From assembly GCF_020969955.1 (NCBI RefSeq), contig NZ_JAHDSX010000013.1:1-32000 (forward strand): a DNA stretch of 32,000 nucleotides, written 5' to 3'. The position numbers and the translations under genes are program-made. The DNA is from Allobaculum fili (GTDB lineage Bacteria > Bacillota_I > Bacilli_A > Erysipelotrichales > Erysipelotrichaceae). Every line of letters starts with the position of its first letter. Positions within the stretch are counted from its first letter, which is position 1. The notes below the pieces were generated by a model. It was not told where the DNA came from. It searched no databases and worked only from the letters and a program-made list of their open reading frames with translations. Below are positions 27,977 to 32,000 of the stretch, piece by piece.

Positions 27977-28879
27977 ATGAAAGACAGAACAAATACAAAG
28001 CCGTCGATTGCCGGCGCAGACAAAAAAAACGGAAAGAATATCGACCTGAGTAAAGATTCGATATCCGGAAAGGATAACGTTTGCGCAGCCGATCGTTCCT
28101 TTGGCTTAAAAACATCCCGGTCCCGTCCCTGGGAAAAGAGTCTGATCGAATGGTTCTGGTTCCTTTTTATTCTGCTTGGAATTTGGACGGCAGCTGCTCT
28201 TGTCATGGACAATGCGCTCGTCTGTCCGACCCCCTGGGCGTGTCTGGAACAGATGGTGCTGCAGGTGCAGAAGCCCACTTTTTTACTGAGCGCTTTGTCG
28301 ACGATCGGCCGGGCGATGGAATCGCTCGTTCTGTCCTTTGCGTTAGGTCTTGCGGCTTCGTTTCTGGGCGCGTTCTGGAAACCGGCCGGCAGTTTTCTCG
28401 GAAAGCTGGTTTCGCTCTTTCAGACGGTGCCTAACGTGTGCTACATCATCCTGCTTCTGTTCTGGACCAGCCGGGAGCAGACGGTTATTCTGACCGGCTT
28501 TTTCCTGCTCTTTCCGCTGGTGTATCGCGAGTTTTATGAACAGCTCGAATCGCTCAAGAAGCGCTACGCCGAAGTATGGAAAATTTATCCGCAGCCGGCG
28601 TGGGTACGGATGTTTGTGATCTGTCTGCCGATGATGAAGCCGGCTTTTCTGAGCGCCCTCAAAAGTGCCTCGTCGCTCGCCTTCAAAGTGTGCGTGACGA
28701 GTGAAATTCTGACGGGCCTGCAGCCGGGCATTGGCAAGAGTCTGCAGATGGCGCGCCTCGATCTCAATCCGGCCGGCGTAGTCGGCTGGAGCATCTGGCT
28801 GATTCTGATCGTCTTCTGCTTTGAAAAGCTGTGGAACTGGATCGCGGACCGTCTGTTTGGCGACGGATCCGTCCGCTAG
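27977..28879 (+). CDS. ABC transporter permease, NitT/TauT-like (binding-protein-dependent type), orphan
   Basis: It has about six TM helices and a degenerate EAA-loop region (EVWKIYPQPAWVRMFVICLPMMKPAFLSALKSASSLAFKVCVTSEIL). A ~50-aa hydrophilic N-terminal extension precedes them. The start is uncertain because AGGAG is only 1 nt from the ATG. Confidence 0.65.
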   Translation: MKDRTNTKPSIAGADKKNGKNIDLSKDSISGKDNVCAADRSFGLKTSRSRPWEKSLIEWFWFLFILLGIWTAAALVMDNALVCPTPWACLEQMVLQVQKPTFLLSALSTIGRAMESLVLSFALGLAASFLGAFWKPAGSFLGKLVSLFQTVPNVCYIILLLFWTSREQTVILTGFFLLFPLVYREFYEQLESLKKRYAEVWKIYPQPAWVRMFVICLPMMKPAFLSALKSASSLAFKVCVTSEILTGLQPGIGKSLQMARLDLNPAGVVGWSIWLILIVFCFEKLWNWIADRLFGDGSVR

Positions 28880-29138
28880 AAAACGTAAGAGAAAAAGAAA
28901 ACAGGCACGTTTTTTGAACCGCCGGCAGCCCGTGGAAAATAAACGTTTGTGCAATACGAACGCTAAATAACGAATACTGAAAGAAAAGATTGAAAGATTG
29001 ACAGAGAAAACCGCACGCAGAAAAAGGGAAAAAGTCAGCCGTTCGGCTTTGCGTTTCCGCCCCAGAAAGAGACATCTGAGGACAGCATGGATACTGGCCG
29101 GAGAGCGTGCGTGAAGAAAAGAAAAAAAAGGAGAGTTT

Positions 29139-30218
29139 ATGACCCGACCCTGTGTGTCTATTCTTGTCCCCGTATACAACGCCGAAAAATACCTGAAGCG
29201 ATGCCTGGACAGTCTGCTTGAACAGACGATGCCGGATCTGGAAGTCGTTCTGATCAACGATGGCAGTACGGATTCCTCGAAAGAAATCTGTGAAGACTAT
29301 GCGGAAAAAGACGCGCGCGTTCACGTGTATTCCTTTGAAAACGCCGGCGTCTCCAAAACGAGAAACCGTGCCTTAAAACGCGCAAACGGCGAGTACGTCA
29401 TGTTTGTGGACAGCGATGATTTTGTCGACAAAAAGATGCTCGAGACGATGGTCAAAGAGGCGAAAAAGCGCAATCTGGACGTGCTGCAGTGCGGGTTTGT
29501 CATGGACTTTGGTCCCGTGCCGTTTTATCGCAACCCGTCGGGGCGCAAGGATTTTACGACGCTTGAAGCGGTGCATCATCTCGTGCGGGAGAAGTATCTG
29601 AACAACTACCCGTGGGGCAAGCTGTATAAGCGCGAGTGCTTCGATCACGTGCACTTTCCCGAACACCTGCCGGGGTTTGAAGATACGTGCACGATTTTCA
29701 AGGCGATTGTCGCCGCAAAAAAGATCGGTACGATTCCCAACCGCTTTTACCATTACTGGACGCACAGCGGATCGCTCACCAACTGTATGGATCTGAGCAC
29801 CGTCTATCTCATGCGCTACGCCTACAAGTACCAGGAAAAGACGCTGCGCGAATACTTCCCGAACGAAGTGTTCAACTTTGATCCGCTTTACTACAACACG
29901 GACATGGTGATCATTTATACCCTGATTCTCTTTTGTCATCGACAGGACGATCCGAAATTCATCCGCTATCTGTTTCAGTGGAAAAACGTGCCGTTTTTCC
30001 CGCTCTACTTTCTGGCCTACTACGCCTGGCTTGGTATCGCCTGGATCAAGCTGGGAAGCAAAATCTTTGAAGCCCCGACATCAGAAAAACAGGCGTACTA
30101 TCAGGATCCGTTTGCGGACTATGACTTTTCTGCGCCGCTTCAAAGCGAAGAAAGCCTCCGGGCAGAAGAAGAGGAAACCGTTTCCGGCAGAGAGGCGCTC
30201 GATTCACCTTTATCGTGA
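29139..30218 (+). CDS. Family 2 glycosyltransferase with two C-terminal TM helices and an acidic tail
   Basis: The GT-A N-terminus has VSILVPVYNAEKYL, LINDGSTD and a VDSDD (DxD) motif. Two hydrophobic helices lie near aa 255-305. AAGGAG sits 6 nt before the ATG. Confidence 0.85.
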   Translation: MTRPCVSILVPVYNAEKYLKRCLDSLLEQTMPDLEVVLINDGSTDSSKEICEDYAEKDARVHVYSFENAGVSKTRNRALKRANGEYVMFVDSDDFVDKKMLETMVKEAKKRNLDVLQCGFVMDFGPVPFYRNPSGRKDFTTLEAVHHLVREKYLNNYPWGKLYKRECFDHVHFPEHLPGFEDTCTIFKAIVAAKKIGTIPNRFYHYWTHSGSLTNCMDLSTVYLMRYAYKYQEKTLREYFPNEVFNFDPLYYNTDMVIIYTLILFCHRQDDPKFIRYLFQWKNVPFFPLYFLAYYAWLGIAWIKLGSKIFEAPTSEKQAYYQDPFADYDFSAPLQSEESLRAEEEETVSGREALDSPLS

Positions 30219-30485
30219 CGTAAGTATGCGGATCTTGCTACAATAGGGGTTGCGTTCGGAAATCAGAAAAGAGAACCGCGCCTTTTGCATGGTGTAAAAT
30301 GCGGTCTGGCGCATGGAAAAGGCTCTGTGCAGCTTCTGATTTCGCCTTTATGGAAGGAAAAACTGGATATTCCAGATCGTCTGTTGAAGTGAACGCAGCG
30401 GATCGCATGAAAACCGATCCGTTCGATCCTGTATCTCAGACCTGGATCGATCAGAATGAAGAAAAGATAGGAGAAACCTGCATTT

Positions 30486-31898
30486 ATGGCATTTGAATCT
30501 CTTTCCGATAAGCTCAGTAAAACCCTGAAGAAAATTACAGGCAAAGGAAAACTGACGGAATCCAACATGAATGACATGCTCAAGGAAGTGCGCATGTCTC
30601 TGCTTGAAGCCGACGTAAACTACCAGGTCGTCAAGGACTTCATCGCCAGCATCAAGGAAAAGGCGATGGGTACCGAAGTCATGGAATCGCTCAATCCGGG
30701 ACAGATGGTTGTCAAGATTGTCCGCGAGGAACTCGTCAACCTGTTAGGTCCGGAAGACGCGAAGCTGATCCTGAATGAAAACGGCATCACCAGCGTGATG
30801 ATGGTCGGCCTTCAGGGTACCGGTAAAACGACCGCGTCCGCCAAGATCGCCCGTTTTGTGAAAGAAAAACTCAAGAAAAAAGTCCTGCTCGCTGCCTGCG
30901 ACGTCGTTCGTCCGGCTGCGATTGAACAGCTGAAAACCCTCGGCGCGTCCATTGGCGTCGAAGTCTTCTCGCTCGGCGCCGAAACTCCGGCAGTAGAAAC
31001 CGCCAGAGCAGCCAAAGCCTATGCCAGCCAGAACGGCTTTGACATGATCATCTTCGATACCGCCGGCCGTCTGCACATCGATGAAGCGCTGATGGAAGAA
31101 CTCAGCGAGATGAAGCAGGAAATCGAACCGCAGGATATCCTGCTGACGGTCGATGCGATGACCGGTCAGGATATCGTCACGGTAGCTAAGGAATTCAACG
31201 AAAAACTCGAAATCACCGGCCTTGTTGTAACGAAGATGGACGGCGACGCACGAGGCGGCGGTCTTCTTTCCGTTCGCTCCATCACGTCCGTACCGGTTCT
31301 CTTTGTATCGAGCGGTGAAAAAGTCGACGATCTTGAAGAGTTCCATCCGGATCGTATGGCAGACCGTATCCTCGGCATGGGCGACATGATCTCCCTGATC
31401 GAACAGGCACAGGATAAGCTCGATGAAAAAGTGGCGAAGGAATCCGCTGAGCGCATGATGGCCGGTGTCTTCACTTTCAACGACATGCTTGCCCAGTACG
31501 ATCAGATTTCCCGCCTTGGATCGCTTTCCGGCGTTCTTGGCAAAATCCCAGGCATGGGCAAGATGGGCGCGAAGCTCGATGACGACAAGGTCAACAACCA
31601 GATCCTGCACTTCAAGGCCATGATCCAGTCCATGACCCCGTGGGAAAGAGAACATCCCGACTGCATTAAGAGCAGCCGCAAGATTCGTATCGCCCGCGGT
31701 TCCGGCATGAAAGTTGCCGACGTCAACAAGCTGATCGAACAGCAGAAGCAGATGTCGAGCCTTTCCAAGATGATGTCTTCCGGCATGGGCGGCCTCAACC
31801 CGTTTGCGGCGATGCGCCGCGGCGGCGGAATGCCCGGCGCTTCCAAACACGCGGGAAGCAAAAAAGTGAAGAAATCCAAGAAGAAAAAGAAAAAATAA
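30486..31898 (+). CDS. ffh: Signal recognition particle protein Ffh
   Basis: The NG domain has GLQGTGKTT, DTAGR and TKMDGDARGG. A Met-rich M domain follows, then a lysine-rich C-terminus. Confidence 0.95.
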   Translation: MAFESLSDKLSKTLKKITGKGKLTESNMNDMLKEVRMSLLEADVNYQVVKDFIASIKEKAMGTEVMESLNPGQMVVKIVREELVNLLGPEDAKLILNENGITSVMMVGLQGTGKTTASAKIARFVKEKLKKKVLLAACDVVRPAAIEQLKTLGASIGVEVFSLGAETPAVETARAAKAYASQNGFDMIIFDTAGRLHIDEALMEELSEMKQEIEPQDILLTVDAMTGQDIVTVAKEFNEKLEITGLVVTKMDGDARGGGLLSVRSITSVPVLFVSSGEKVDDLEEFHPDRMADRILGMGDMISLIEQAQDKLDEKVAKESAERMMAGVFTFNDMLAQYDQISRLGSLSGVLGKIPGMGKMGAKLDDDKVNNQILHFKAMIQSMTPWEREHPDCIKSSRKIRIARGSGMKVADVNKLIEQQKQMSSLSKMMSSGMGGLNPFAAMRRGGGMPGASKHAGSKKVKKSKKKKKK

Positions 31899-31915
31899 AA
31901 ATAAGCAAATACGAA

Positions 31916-31980
31916 AAAAAGCTCCCGTCGAAGAGATGCGCGAAAAAAAACAGACGTACAGTTCGAAAAGGGAGCTTTTT
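31916..31980 (+). terminator. Possible ffh terminator
   Basis: AAAAAGCTCCC...GGGAGCTTTTT, with inner TCGAA/TTCGA pairing. The loop is large (over 30 nt). Confidence 0.35.
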
Positions 31981-32000
31981 GCATGGAGGGCTGTTCCTGC

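Noticed and set aside
30299-30496. A 65-aa ORF overlapping the ffh start, considered as a possible ylxM.
   Set aside because: It has no similarity to the YlxM helix-turn-helix sequence as I recall it, has no RBS, and overlaps ffh out of frame.

Overview
This is about 32 kb of a Gram-positive, Bacillota-type chromosome, judged from a sortase, a T-box leader and AGGAG-type ribosome binding sites. GC is moderate by eye; I did not compute it. Most of the window is ordinary core gene content on both strands: a class I/II aminotransferase, tRNA-Trp, two MATE exporters, a YfhO-family membrane protein with a long charged tail, an aldo-keto reductase, purA, a large secreted GH20 hexosaminidase, a SpoU/TrmH methyltransferase, a Phe-specific T-box leader with pheS-pheT, a GAF (free Met-R-sulfoxide reductase-like) protein, a lone ABC permease, a GT2 glycosyltransferase and ffh. 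The one clearly accessory block runs from about 1.93 to 8.37 kb, directly 3' of tRNA-Trp. It carries a three-gene sortase-dependent pilus locus: a CnaB/Ser-rich anchored protein, a 665-aa isopeptide-domain pilin and a class C sortase. ORF-poor DNA flanks the locus on both sides. Both pilus substrates have the usual hydrophobic helix and basic tail but lack a canonical LPXTG (GLNTA and EVHTGG instead), and the sortase has NPL where class C lids normally have DP[FWY]. I see no CRISPR array, transposase, integrase, phage genes or recognisable defence genes, and I cannot confidently call any new system. The best second-look candidates are the atypical pilus sorting chemistry, the ~0.8 kb ORF-free segment at 7.55-8.37 kb, the YfhO tail, and the orphan permease with its leader. 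I judge the many long antisense ORFs in the track to be artefacts of codon bias. Small features were located by eye, so their coordinates are good to about +/-2 nt.
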